From: Crocosphaera sp.
GTDB taxonomy: Bacteria; Cyanobacteriota; Cyanobacteriia; Cyanobacteriales; Microcystaceae
Assembly (NCBI GenBank): GCA_030064955.1
Contig: JASJDW010000020.1
Span: 4,310 to 36,309 of the forward strand
Direction: 5' to 3'
DNA: 32,000 bases
Of this stretch, positions 1 through 8,880 are shown in pieces (position 1 is the first letter of the stretch; every line of letters starts with the position of its first letter). The notes below the pieces were generated by a model. The model searched no databases. It was not told where the DNA came from and worked only from the letters and a program-made list of their open reading frames with translations. The translations under genes were made by a program, and so were the position numbers.

Positions 1-407
1 TCCCGATGAATAATAGGAGGATTATGATGTTGTAAATAAATTAAAATTTCTAAAAGAGAAACAGCAATTTTTTTAACCTGTTCAGAGGAGAAGTTAGATT
101 TAATCGCCAAAGAAGGGGCTTCTTTATACTCTTGAATCATACAAAAACCATCTTCAGTTTCAAAGGATGCAAAATAGCGAGGAATACGAGGATGTTCTAA
201 ACTTTCTAAAATACTAATTTCTCTTTCATAAGCTTTGTAACTACTCCAGCTTGCATTCGTATCGACAAAACGAAATTGTTTAATTACTACCTTTTGTTGT
301 GTCTTTAAACACTCTGCTAAATAACTAATTCTTCCCCCTTCTCGGTTACGTCCTAATTCACGAATAATACGGTAGTTATAGTGAGAAAAATCTGGTAGGT
401 TTTGCAT
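1..407 (-). CDS. Serine/threonine protein kinase, N-terminal part (truncated by window start)
   Basis: Manual reverse-strand translation from ATG at 407: MQNLPDFSHYNYRIIRELGRNREGGRISYLAECLKTQQKVVIKQFRFVD...EREISILESLEHPRIPRYFASFETEDGFCMIQEYKEAPSL...HHNPPIIHRD; has the VVIKQF lysine and the start of the HRD catalytic loop. Confidence 0.85.
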   Translation of the reverse strand, partial: MQNLPDFSHYNYRIIRELGRNREGGRISYLAECLKTQQKVVIKQFRFVDTNASWSSYKAYEREISILESLEHPRIPRYFASFETEDGFCMIQEYKEAPSLAIKSNFSSEQVKKIAVSLLEILIYLQHHNPPIIHR

Positions 408-470
408 ATTATTACCTAATTGATTAAATAATAAGATATAATATCCAGTGTATAATACGAATGAGCAATT

Positions 471-1157
471 ATGATTGATCTCTACTATTGGACTACACCT
501 AACGGCCATAAAATTACCATCTTTTTAGAAGAAGCCCAATTAGACTACAATATTAAATTGATTAATATTGGAAAAGGAGAACAATTTGATCCCGAATTTC
601 TGAAAATTTCTCCTAATAATCGTATTCCTGCTATTGTTGACCACTCCCCAACCGATGGCGATCAACCAATTAGTATTTTTGAATCAGGGGCAATTTTATT
701 CTATTTAGGGAAAAAAATAGAGCAATTTTTACCGACAGATATACGAGGTGAAATGGAGGTCATGCAGTGGTTGTTTTGGCAAATAGGGGGACTTGGACCC
801 ATGTTAGGTCAAAACCATCATTTTAGTCAGTATGCCCCTGAAAAAATCCCCTATGCTATTAATAGATATGTTAAAGAAACAGAACGACTTTATGGAATTT
901 TAGATAAACGTTTAGAAAATAGAGATTATATTGCAAAAGATTATTCCATTGCAGATATGGCTGTTTATCCTTGGATTGTACCCCATCAACAACAGCAGCA
1001 AAACTTAGCAGACTTTCCTAATCTTAAAAGATGGTTTGAAGCCATAAAAAATCGCCCAGCCGTTCAAAAAGCTTATGAAATAGCGAAAAACCTGAAAACA
1101 GAAGCGACTATCACAGAAGAATCTAAAAAGATTTTGTTTGGTCAAGGAAAACAATAA
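471..1157 (+). CDS. Glutathione S-transferase family protein (YfcG/YghU-like)
   Basis: MIDLYYWTTPNGHKITIFLEE...PNNRIPAIVDH...IFESGAILFYLGKK N-terminal thioredoxin-like GST domain plus YIAKDYSIADMAVYPW C-terminal motif. Confidence 0.88.
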   Translation: MIDLYYWTTPNGHKITIFLEEAQLDYNIKLINIGKGEQFDPEFLKISPNNRIPAIVDHSPTDGDQPISIFESGAILFYLGKKIEQFLPTDIRGEMEVMQWLFWQIGGLGPMLGQNHHFSQYAPEKIPYAINRYVKETERLYGILDKRLENRDYIAKDYSIADMAVYPWIVPHQQQQQNLADFPNLKRWFEAIKNRPAVQKAYEIAKNLKTEATITEESKKILFGQGKQ

Positions 1158-1173
1158 AATTCAATCAATGAGC

Positions 1174-1340
1174 GTAAGTATTCAGCTATCAGCCGTCAGC
1201 CATCAGCCAAAAACTATGAATCCCTATCATCGAAAGTAACTAAGATTAAAAGAATGCTTACCTCAACCTTGCCAACAGAATGTGCGGTGACCGCTTTGAC
1301 TCAAAAGCTGAACGCTGAACGCTGACGGCTGAATGCTTAC
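1174..1340. repeat. Intergenic inverted repeat of ~34-nt arms with CAGC-rich heptamer-like units
   Basis: GTAAGTATTCAGCTATCAGCCGTCAGCC at 1174 is approximately complementary to GCTGAACGCTGAACGCTGACGGCTGAATGCTTAC at 1307-1340. Confidence 0.7.
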
Positions 1341-1392
1341 CAATGAGTAGTGATTAGTTAGCACTGACCAAATAATAAATAATTATTCATGA

Positions 1393-1953
1393 TTAATTAT
1401 TAATTGTTAATCCTTGAAGATACCATTTGCGCCAAGCGGTTGAACTTCGGATGGCTATCCATAATAACATTAATGCGATTAATCCCCCATTTTTTGGAGC
1501 ATCAAAAGCAAACAAAACCAATAAAATGCAGATAATATCTTCAATACAAATTACCCATATTGGTAAACCCCGTAAACGAAAAAACCAGCCGACTTGAACC
1601 AACTTTAAAACAAAAGCCAATAATCCTCCAATTACACCAATTAACCATAAAGGACTCATGTCTAAATTGGCTATTTTGACGACAGCAACCGCTAATAGAC
1701 CACCCACCAAAGGACTAAAAACTAATTGTATAATCTGTAAAATACGCTGGCCTAATAACTTTTTAGAGCCGAATAATTCAAACAATGACCAACTGGTTAA
1801 AATGCCGATCAATACTTGAGGGGGAATAGCCGAAAGTAAAGGAACTTGTGACCATAAATCACTACGAAGCAAGCCAATAATTAATAAAGGTAATGCAATT
1901 CTCATGCCGGCTGCTGCTGATGCAGAAAGGATCGCTAAAATACCAATAATCAT
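1393..1953 (-). CDS. DUF4126-type membrane protein
   Basis: 186 aa hydrophobic ORF: ILSASAAAGMRIALPLLIIGLL...VFSPLVGGLLAVAVV. Confidence 0.65.
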   Translation of the reverse strand: MIIGILAILSASAAAGMRIALPLLIIGLLRSDLWSQVPLLSAIPPQVLIGILTSWSLFELFGSKKLLGQRILQIIQLVFSPLVGGLLAVAVVKIANLDMSPLWLIGVIGGLLAFVLKLVQVGWFFRLRGLPIWVICIEDIICILLVLFAFDAPKNGGLIALMLLWIAIRSSTAWRKWYLQGLTINN

Positions 1954-2042
1954 GTGATTTGACTGTTACTATTTAAGTCATCTGTTTTCCATTGTCGCTC
2001 ACTCTTGTACAATAAGATCGATCGCCTTTTATTAAACCCATC

Positions 2043-2783
2043 ATGGTTGAAGTTCCCAACAGTTTAGAACAAGCGGTTTCTCAAGCGAAAGAAGCAGCAA
2101 AACTCGCCCTAGAAGCAGGGGTAGAACGTATTTGCTTAGAAATTGTTATCCCAGAAATTGCCTTACAAGCTCAAGCATTAGCCTTAGAATTTACCACTTT
2201 ATTTGAAGGCCAACAATCAGGGTTAAAAGTGATCTTTCCCGACACTGGTGCAGCAGCTTTAGCTAGACGAGACTGGGGAGAAATCCCGTTTCAAGTAACA
2301 GACTTAGGGAGTCGTGCTACCTCTGTAGAAAGGAAAATTTCAGAGGCTGATGAAGCTTTTTTACTGGTATGTCCTTCCTCTGTAGAAGTGGAAATTGTTG
2401 AAAAACTCTGTAATTTAGCTGGCGATCGCCCTGTTATTCTCCTGATTCCCCAGTTAGAAGATGTTTCTATTGTAGGGATTGGTTATGCTGCCCGTCAACT
2501 GCGAGAACGGTTTATTAGTATTTTAGAATCGGTTTATTATTTTCGTCCTTTGGATGGGGTTGTAGTGTTGCGGTGTTATCCCTCTCCTTGGTTGGTATAT
2601 TTGCAAAAAGAAGAGGGGTATGAATTAATCGCTGAACAAGGACAAAAGCCTATGGGAGAAGCCTTAGACACTTTAGTTAATAATGCTTTGAAAGGAGAAG
2701 ACGACAATACTAATCAACCTCAACCCAAAAAATCAGGCATTTTTGCTAGTATGCAAAGTTTTCTAAAGGCATTGAGTCAGTGA
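2043..2783 (+). CDS. DUF1995 domain protein (cyanobacterial/chloroplast family)
   Basis: MVEVPNSLEQAVSQAKEAAKLALEAGVERICLEIVIPE...GLKVIFPDTGAAALARRDWGEIPFQVTDLGSR, typical of the family. Confidence 0.75.
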   Translation: MVEVPNSLEQAVSQAKEAAKLALEAGVERICLEIVIPEIALQAQALALEFTTLFEGQQSGLKVIFPDTGAAALARRDWGEIPFQVTDLGSRATSVERKISEADEAFLLVCPSSVEVEIVEKLCNLAGDRPVILLIPQLEDVSIVGIGYAARQLRERFISILESVYYFRPLDGVVVLRCYPSPWLVYLQKEEGYELIAEQGQKPMGEALDTLVNNALKGEDDNTNQPQPKKSGIFASMQSFLKALSQ

Positions 2784-2906
2784 CACCTTTCTAAATACAA
2801 TCTCATCCATGACCAAACTACGAGGATTATAGACATCCATTGTCCTTAATAATTCGACAGGCCGTAAACAACACCACCCCGAACAATACCCGATCTTGTT
2901 CAAGTT

Positions 2907-3428
2907 TTAAACGAAATCACTGATTCCAAGAACAAAATTGCCATTAAGTCGTGCTAACGCTTCACCACTATCCATAACTTGAATAATTGTTTTGTTCTTT
3001 TTGACCTCAAACGAGAGATCCCCAAAGTCAAGACCTCCATCTAAGTGAAACAAATCTGTTCCTTGCTCAAAATCCCTAATTACATCAAAACCATCGCCCA
3101 CAGCCAAGATAAAGGTATCTGAGCCAGTTCCTCCCCATAGATGATCTCTTTTAGTTCCACCATCAAGAACATCATCACCATCTCCACCCATAAGCCAGTC
3201 AACTCCATCGCCTCCCATTAATATATCGTCGTTACCCAATCCATAGAGACGATCATTGCCTGCTTCTCCATGGAGTTCATCTCTGCCACTATTGCCCATA
3301 ACTCTATCATTCCCGTCACCAGCCTGAATTAGATTATCCCCTACAATTCCAAAGAGACGATCCTTTTTACGGGTTCCATTAATAATATTAACGTCATCAA
3401 CTCCATTAATTGTGATAGTCCCAAGGAT
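2907..3428 (-). CDS. RTX/hemolysin-type calcium-binding repeat region; in-frame coding sequence extends upstream of the called ATG (3299) to a stop at 3429-3431
   Basis: GDGNDRVMGNSGRDELHGEAGNDRLYGLGNDDILMGGDGVDWLMGGDGDDVLDGGTKRDHLWGGTGSDTFIL nonapeptide repeats; upstream reading LGTITINGVDDVNIINGTRKKDRLFGIVGDNLIQAGDGNDRV is also in this frame. Confidence 0.85.
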   Translation of the reverse strand: MLGTITINGVDDVNIINGTRKKDRLFGIVGDNLIQAGDGNDRVMGNSGRDELHGEAGNDRLYGLGNDDILMGGDGVDWLMGGDGDDVLDGGTKRDHLWGGTGSDTFILAVGDGFDVIRDFEQGTDLFHLDGGLDFGDLSFEVKKNKTIIQVMDSGEALARLNGNFVLGISDFV

Positions 3429-3957
3429 CTATATAGGGTTTGACGACTCTATTAGCAATTGCTGTGAAGCCATCGTCTGTTTCGATATCAAAATTTTCTG
3501 CAACAGTTTCTCTAGGGAAAACGCTAAAGTTTTCTATTCTTTTACTACCATCTGCTTCAAGAATAAATCTCGCATCGTCAGAAATTGAAAACTCCATTGA
3601 GTTATATACCCAAACTCGATCTATATAATCATCAATATCATCCTCCCAGTTATACTGCTGCATACTCCAACTAAAAATACCTAATCCGAATATTTCTCCT
3701 AGTTGTGCTTTTGTATAGCTGCCAGGAGGAACTGTGGCTGATGTAAAAAGGGAATCAAAAAATCTTTGTACTAAAGTAAATTGACTACCAACGGCAAATC
3801 TACCAGCACCGGTTGCCATGAATTCTATTGTATCTACTTCGACCTTTGTAGTAGTATCTTTAGGACGAATTAAGTCCTCATCTGCTAGATTGCTGGGAGT
3901 TGTTAATTGTCCGTATAAATATAAATTGGTAATGTTGTTTTTATTGAGTTGAGTCAT
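3406..3957 (-). CDS. Hypothetical protein, probably the N-terminal part of the RTX protein (frameshifted)
   Basis: MTQLNKNNITNLYLYGQLTTPSNLADEDLIRPKDTTTKV...; start at 3957 favoured over 4017 because the duplicated copy at 4714-4826 begins its similarity there. Frame ends at 3406 just where the RTX frame opens. Confidence 0.6.
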   Translation of the reverse strand: MTQLNKNNITNLYLYGQLTTPSNLADEDLIRPKDTTTKVEVDTIEFMATGAGRFAVGSQFTLVQRFFDSLFTSATVPPGSYTKAQLGEIFGLGIFSWSMQQYNWEDDIDDYIDRVWVYNSMEFSISDDARFILEADGSKRIENFSVFPRETVAENFDIETDDGFTAIANRVVKPYIDPWDYHN

Positions 3958-3998
3958 GATTTTTCCTAATACTTTTAGGTAGATGGTTAAGGCAATTA

Positions 3999-4451
3999 TT
4001 ATCGGGGTTTTCCACAATTTGTTAAGTAGTTATCAAAGCGTTTTTTTCCTATTTTGAGCGAGTTGTTTTCATCTAAATAACGCACTTGGAAATAAATAAC
4101 GACGATATCGCGTGAATCGTATCCAAAAATGCGATCAAGGAATTTGGCAGGAGGAACTTCATAACCGCCCCCAGGATTGACGGAACAACAATCTGGATAC
4201 AAGGCGATATATTCATCGAAACTGTTATATTTGATGTGTTTTGGATACCAAACACCTGAGAAGTTTTCTATCGGCAATGTATTTCGACTATTTTGATAAT
4301 CAAATACTCTTCTAATTTTTTCCTCATCGCTCAAATAGCGCATTTGAGCAAAACAGAATCCTGAATAATTGAATCCAAAGTAGGTAATAAGGGCAGTTAA
4401 GGGGAGTCCGACCAACAGTAGAAATTCATAAAGACAACCACGATTAACCAT
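3999..4451 (-). CDS. Hypothetical protein with N-terminal transmembrane/signal segment
   Basis: MVNRGCLYEFLLLVGLPLTALITYFGFNYSGFCFAQMRYLSDEEK...; 150 aa ORF, no family recognised. Confidence 0.5.
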   Translation of the reverse strand: MVNRGCLYEFLLLVGLPLTALITYFGFNYSGFCFAQMRYLSDEEKIRRVFDYQNSRNTLPIENFSGVWYPKHIKYNSFDEYIALYPDCCSVNPGGGYEVPPAKFLDRIFGYDSRDIVVIYFQVRYLDENNSLKIGKKRFDNYLTNCGKPR

Positions 4452-4713
4452 GATTATTTACCCTAGTTCAATACAAGTAACTTAGTCATTTTAAACAATT
4501 AAACATTGATCACGTTCCTCTTAAAGAAATGGAGTGGACAATAATTAGATTCAAAATGCAGGTTTAATAGTTTTCCCACTTATTAGGAAATTTTTGATTG
4601 ACTTTACGATACTTTATTTTTTAGAAAAATAACATTGGGGGTTTTACCTATTTTTTCTTTAGTTTTCTCTATTTATTTTCTTCTCAATTCCGTAATTTCA
4701 CTTAAACTTTGGT

Positions 4714-4826
4714 CGTAGCATCTTTAGGACGAATTAATTCTTCATCTGCTAGATTGCTTGGAGTTGTTAACTGTCCGTATAAATATTGATTGGTGATGTT
4801 GTTTTTATTTAGTTGAGTATGGTAGT
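4714..4826 (-). pseudogene. Partial duplicate of the 5' end of the 3406-3957 gene
   Basis: Reverse strand reads QLNKNNITNQYLYGQLTTPSNLADEELIRPKDATTKV* versus QLNKNNITNLYLYGQLTTPSNLADEDLIRPKDTTTKV in the intact gene; start codon damaged (ATACTCAA vs ATGACTCAA). Confidence 0.85.
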
Positions 4827-4875
4827 TCAACGCAAGTAATACCATTTCTCAAAAATAACTAGAGATATTTAGTTT

Positions 4876-4900
4876 GGGGTGTAGGGTGTAGGGTGTGGGG
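4876..4900. repeat. Short period-7 tandem repeat (GTGTAGG-like, ~3 copies)
   Basis: ggggtgtagggtgtagggtgtgggg. Confidence 0.7.
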
Positions 4901-4941
4901 TTTATTCTCCCATTCTCCCCGTCTCCTAATCCCCTTTGGCT

Positions 4942-6627
4942 TTAATTACGAGTATAAATGGCTAGATTCTTAACTGTGATAGTTTCATCCATCGGGCCGC
5001 CATCTTTGCGAATGGAGATGGATGCTGCATCTGTGTTAAGTTCCTCAATATTATTGAGTTGTGAGAGTAACTCATCAGTGATATCAAATTGAAACATCTT
5101 GGTGGTGGGGCGATCGCTTCTTACAACGAAGAAGGCAATGGTTCCCACGAAGTAGGTATTAATATCAGCCATAGCGGTCGTTCTGGCTTCTGCTTCATTG
5201 GGCAAATTGAGATAAACTTTGTAAATGCCGCGAGGTTGTCCAGTGTAACTAACCTCCACTTCTAAGGTATAGTTAGGTTGAGATAAGCGATCACCAGCAA
5301 TGGACTGAATAGAGTTCAGTTGATTACGCAATTGAGGAGCTAAAGGCACCGTCTGAGTAAACTCTTGCTCTGTTCCTACGGTTGTCTCAGTTTGCTCACT
5401 ACCCAGAAGTGTTCTGGGAAGTTGATTGGCCATCAGTGTCCTTAAATTGGATTTAACAACGGCATTAGGACTGCTTCCATCATCGTACACATAGTCCATA
5501 TTGTAGACTGCATTCACCACTTCCTCCATATCGTAGGCGACTACTTCCCCGTTGGGTTCAAAAAATTGATAGGGCCAAGTCACTTTTTGGAGTTCTTCTG
5601 GTGTAACGATGACGTTGGTTTCATTAGTCCATTGGGCCCATAGACGATCAATGTTGCCGTGGTGCATCCAAAAGATGGGGTCAAAGCCAGCACTGGGAAC
5701 ATTGGTCATTAAACCATATTGGGTTTCCCCCTCATCGGTTTGAGTGCGGTTATAAATAGGATTAAAGAGGTCTGTGTCCTCATTAATACCTCCCCCAAGA
5801 TAAACATGAATTAAACCATGAGGACGAACATCGATTTGTTCGTTAAAGTCTGCATAGACTTTTTGTCGTCTTAACCCTTCCACTGGATCTAATAAATTTT
5901 CTTGGGAAAAGGTTTCTGTAAAGGGTTCCCCTGCGGTTAAACTTTTATCTCTGGCTGACTCATATAAGGCGTTGCTGACATCAGCCGGGCTACGAAACTC
6001 AGTGGGCATGGTTAAGAGAGTTTTATCTGGGAGTTCCGTGTCAAATAAGCTAATATAGCCCCAGTAAGGAAGACTAAACTCAGGATCATTGGCTAATTTT
6101 CGCACAATTTTTTCAAAATGATGCACATAAAGTCGATGCCAGGGCAAAAAATGAATCACAGAATTTTGGCCCCCTTGGTTGGGAGCATGGGTACAATTAT
6201 CCCAGGAAGCCAGTAATTTATCACTACCAGGAAACGCACCGGTGAGTTCTGCGGGAAAATTAGAATAGCTAGGACATAAAGGATTTTCGTTTTGAAGGGC
6301 TGAGATATCTTCGCTAGCCGTTGGAACCCAATGAATGGCTCCTTGATAATACCAACTGACGGGATTTTCACATCCCATCTCTTTCATTTTTTGTAGGGCA
6401 ATTTTTAAGGACTCCAGATTTTTTTGACCTTCGGGGGTATGAGCTTCATAGCGAGTGTAGGAGGGAGCAGAATAGGATGCTGCCATCACAGGAGGGGGTA
6501 AAGTTCCCATCACTAGGGCAAAACAAAGCAGCAAAGTACAGACACTTTTGAGACATAAATGTCGCAAGTTATGGGCAACCCCAGTTCCCTTAACTGAGGT
6601 TTGGTTAGTGGTTAAAAGATTAAACAT
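4942..6627 (-). CDS. Tyrosinase / polyphenol oxidase with signal-like N-terminus and plant-PPO-like C-terminal domain
   Basis: CuA region NCTHAP...FLPWHRLYVHHFEK and CuB region HVYLGG...DPIFWMHHGNIDRLWAQW; N-terminal SVCTLLLCFALVMGTLPPPVMAAS; C-terminus resembles the PPO1_KFDV type. Confidence 0.9.
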   Translation of the reverse strand: MFNLLTTNQTSVKGTGVAHNLRHLCLKSVCTLLLCFALVMGTLPPPVMAASYSAPSYTRYEAHTPEGQKNLESLKIALQKMKEMGCENPVSWYYQGAIHWVPTASEDISALQNENPLCPSYSNFPAELTGAFPGSDKLLASWDNCTHAPNQGGQNSVIHFLPWHRLYVHHFEKIVRKLANDPEFSLPYWGYISLFDTELPDKTLLTMPTEFRSPADVSNALYESARDKSLTAGEPFTETFSQENLLDPVEGLRRQKVYADFNEQIDVRPHGLIHVYLGGGINEDTDLFNPIYNRTQTDEGETQYGLMTNVPSAGFDPIFWMHHGNIDRLWAQWTNETNVIVTPEELQKVTWPYQFFEPNGEVVAYDMEEVVNAVYNMDYVYDDGSSPNAVVKSNLRTLMANQLPRTLLGSEQTETTVGTEQEFTQTVPLAPQLRNQLNSIQSIAGDRLSQPNYTLEVEVSYTGQPRGIYKVYLNLPNEAEARTTAMADINTYFVGTIAFFVVRSDRPTTKMFQFDITDELLSQLNNIEELNTDAASISIRKDGGPMDETITVKNLAIYTRN

Positions 6628-6883
6628 GATTAAATTTACTCTCCTAAGAGTGCAACTCTCAAGGCTTAAAACATCGATTCAGGAGAAAAAAATTGTATAG
6701 AATATCTGATCAAATCTTGCAGTTTGTAACAAATTATGGATTCTGGTTTTAATGCAAGATGTCAGTTCTATTGAAACTTAGGGAACAATGGGTTTTTTTA
6801 CGTGGTTGAGTACCCTTCCACTGAAAAATATATTACCATACGGATAGGATTTTAAAATTCTGTGTCGCCCCATCAAAAAATAT

Positions 6884-6908
6884 AACGCCTATTCTTGGAA
6901 TAGGCGTT
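6884..6908 (-). terminator. Rho-independent terminator-like hairpin downstream of hspA
   Basis: AACGCCTATTC-TTG-GAATAGGCGTT, perfect 11-bp stem, T-rich on both sides. Confidence 0.75.
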
Positions 6909-6965
6909 TTTCTGCTTTTGTCTTGATAATGAGAAGGGGTCAACCACCGTTGACCCCCAGGAAGT

Positions 6966-7412
6966 TTATCCAATATTAACTTTTACAACTTTGTTTCTTT
7001 CTTCTTCTGCTTTAGGCAGGTTGAGATGAAGGATACCGTCTTTATATTCTGCGGTCACGTTGTTGTTTTGGACTTGGCTAGGTAAAGGAATGACTCGATG
7101 GAATTTACCGTAACGGAATTCAGTGCGAATTGTACCATTTTCTTCGGTTTTTTCTTCTGATTTCCGTTCTCCTTTAATGCTAACAGAGTCTGCTTGAACT
7201 TCTACCTCTAAGTCTTTGGCTTCTAACCCAGGAATTTCTAGTTTGAGGTCGATCGCTTCGGGAGTTTCACTCATTTCTGCGGCAGGAACGAAGGATAATT
7301 TATCAAAGTCATTGTCAGCTAAATCACTGGGATAAAGGCTATTAAATAAACGATTCATTTCTTTTTGTAGAGAGTCAATTTCTCTAAAGGGTTCCCAACG
7401 TACAAGTGCCAT
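6966..7412 (-). CDS. hspA: Hsp20/alpha-crystallin family small heat shock protein
   Basis: MALVRWEPFREIDSLQKEMNRLF...IDLKLEIPGLEAKDLEVEVQADSVSIKGERK...FHRVIPLPSQVQNNNVTAEYKDGILHLNLPKAEEE. Confidence 0.9.
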   Translation of the reverse strand: MALVRWEPFREIDSLQKEMNRLFNSLYPSDLADNDFDKLSFVPAAEMSETPEAIDLKLEIPGLEAKDLEVEVQADSVSIKGERKSEEKTEENGTIRTEFRYGKFHRVIPLPSQVQNNNVTAEYKDGILHLNLPKAEEERNKVVKVNIG

Positions 7413-7531
7413 ATATATTACCTCCGATTCAGAAGTTTCTCTTATTTTACTGGAGTTTGATTGCTTTTATCTCCCTCCACTGTCTATGGTAGCTAAGATT
7501 TTTGGGTTGCTATTTCGGTTTTGAACACTAT

Positions 7532-8404
7532 TTAGGCGTAGATTTCCGTACTAGGAAAATTCCCTAAATAATCGGCGCACTGCGAAGCGGATCTCTTCGA
7601 GATCGCTTGAACAAATCCAGTGAAAGAATGATAGTCTTTACCGATAATATCAACGGTTAATCCTAATTTTTTAGCATTACTTGCAGTATAAGGACCAAAA
7701 CAAGCAATCAAACAGTTTTTAGGAATACGAGTATTCTTTACTATTTGCAAAAAACTTTCTATTTCTGCGGTACTACTAAAGGCAATGATATCAATTTTTC
7801 CCTGTTTTATTAATTCAATTTCCACAGGATATAAACTAGGATCTAAACATCGGGTTTGATAAGCGTTAACAGTGGTAATTTTTATGTTTAATGTGTCTAA
7901 TGCTGTGATAAAGTTGGGGATAATATCGGGTTCAGAAATGCCAATAACCTCAGGAATAGGAACTAAAATTGTTTGTTGCTCAATATTAGGAATATTAGCG
8001 AGTTCTAAGACAATACCTTGGGGACTGGGTTCTTGGGGAAGAAGAGCAACTTTTAACCCCATTTCTTCTAATCTTTGGCTATCTTTTCCAATGGCAATTA
8101 ATTGACAGTTATCTAAACAAGATAAGGGAATATTTAACGTTTCTAAGCGACTGATAATAGCATTAATTCCGTTGCGACTGGTAAAGGCAATATAATTAAA
8201 TTGTTGGATAGTTTCTAAACAGTTATCTAACTTTTCATAAGATGTTACATAACAAGTTTCAATGGTAGGCATTAGAATAGGATTTCCCCCATAATTAATA
8301 ATTTCAGCAGCAAAACGAGACGCATAATTACGAGGTGTTGTGATTAAAATTCTTTTGTTATAAAGAGGAAGTTTTTTCGTTTCTATTAGAGTATCATTCA
8401 TCAC
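7532..8404 (-). CDS. hemD: Uroporphyrinogen-III synthase (HemD) family protein
   Basis: KRILITTPRNYASRFAAEIINYGGNPILMPTIET...FNYIAFTSRNGINAI...IAFSSTAEIESFLQIV...CFGPYTASNAKKLGLTVDI; divergent, so enzymatic assignment is moderate. Confidence 0.7.
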   Translation of the reverse strand: MMNDTLIETKKLPLYNKRILITTPRNYASRFAAEIINYGGNPILMPTIETCYVTSYEKLDNCLETIQQFNYIAFTSRNGINAIISRLETLNIPLSCLDNCQLIAIGKDSQRLEEMGLKVALLPQEPSPQGIVLELANIPNIEQQTILVPIPEVIGISEPDIIPNFITALDTLNIKITTVNAYQTRCLDPSLYPVEIELIKQGKIDIIAFSSTAEIESFLQIVKNTRIPKNCLIACFGPYTASNAKKLGLTVDIIGKDYHSFTGFVQAISKRSASQCADYLGNFPSTEIYA

Positions 8405-8841
8405 TAACTATTAGGTAAAAAAGTCTCATCTAACACTTTTTGAATGGTTAATTGTGACGTTTCTGGGAATATTTCTAAAGATAAACCTGTTTCATCAGCA
8501 GCATTCTCTCTGGCAATTTGATAACATTCCTCCATGATTTCTGCTGGATAATTTCTTAAACTAGGACTTTCTTTGATTCTTTTATGAATTCCCCAGCGAC
8601 TATTACGAATAGAGGCTTTCCAACTACCACAACGATGACTCGGTTGATATTGCCATTTGAGTAAATGTAAGAGGAGTACCTTTAAATAAGATTCAATTGC
8701 TCTTTTTTGGCTTTTGCCCATAGATTCAATTTCATCAATTAAATTAGGAATATCCAACTCAGAAAATCTCCCCTCTTCTAATAAATAGGCCGTTTCCAAC
8801 AACCAATTATAATAATCTTTTTCGTAATCTATTTTGCTCAT
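8404..8841 (-). CDS. DUF29 domain protein
   Basis: YEKDYYNWLLETAYLLEEGRFSELDIPNLIDEIESMGKSQKRAIESYLKVLLLHLLKWQYQP...SWKASI. Confidence 0.85.
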   Translation of the reverse strand: MSKIDYEKDYYNWLLETAYLLEEGRFSELDIPNLIDEIESMGKSQKRAIESYLKVLLLHLLKWQYQPSHRCGSWKASIRNSRWGIHKRIKESPSLRNYPAEIMEECYQIARENAADETGLSLEIFPETSQLTIQKVLDETFLPNS

Positions 8842-8880
8842 AATCAGCCGTCAAAAATTACTAATTATTTCAGTCATTAG

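Noticed and set aside
8404-8841. DUF29 genes as part of a defence island
   Set aside because: DUF29 proteins are very common and dispersed in cyanobacteria; the only other defence-like gene nearby is the single TA pair at 26.5-27.0 kb.
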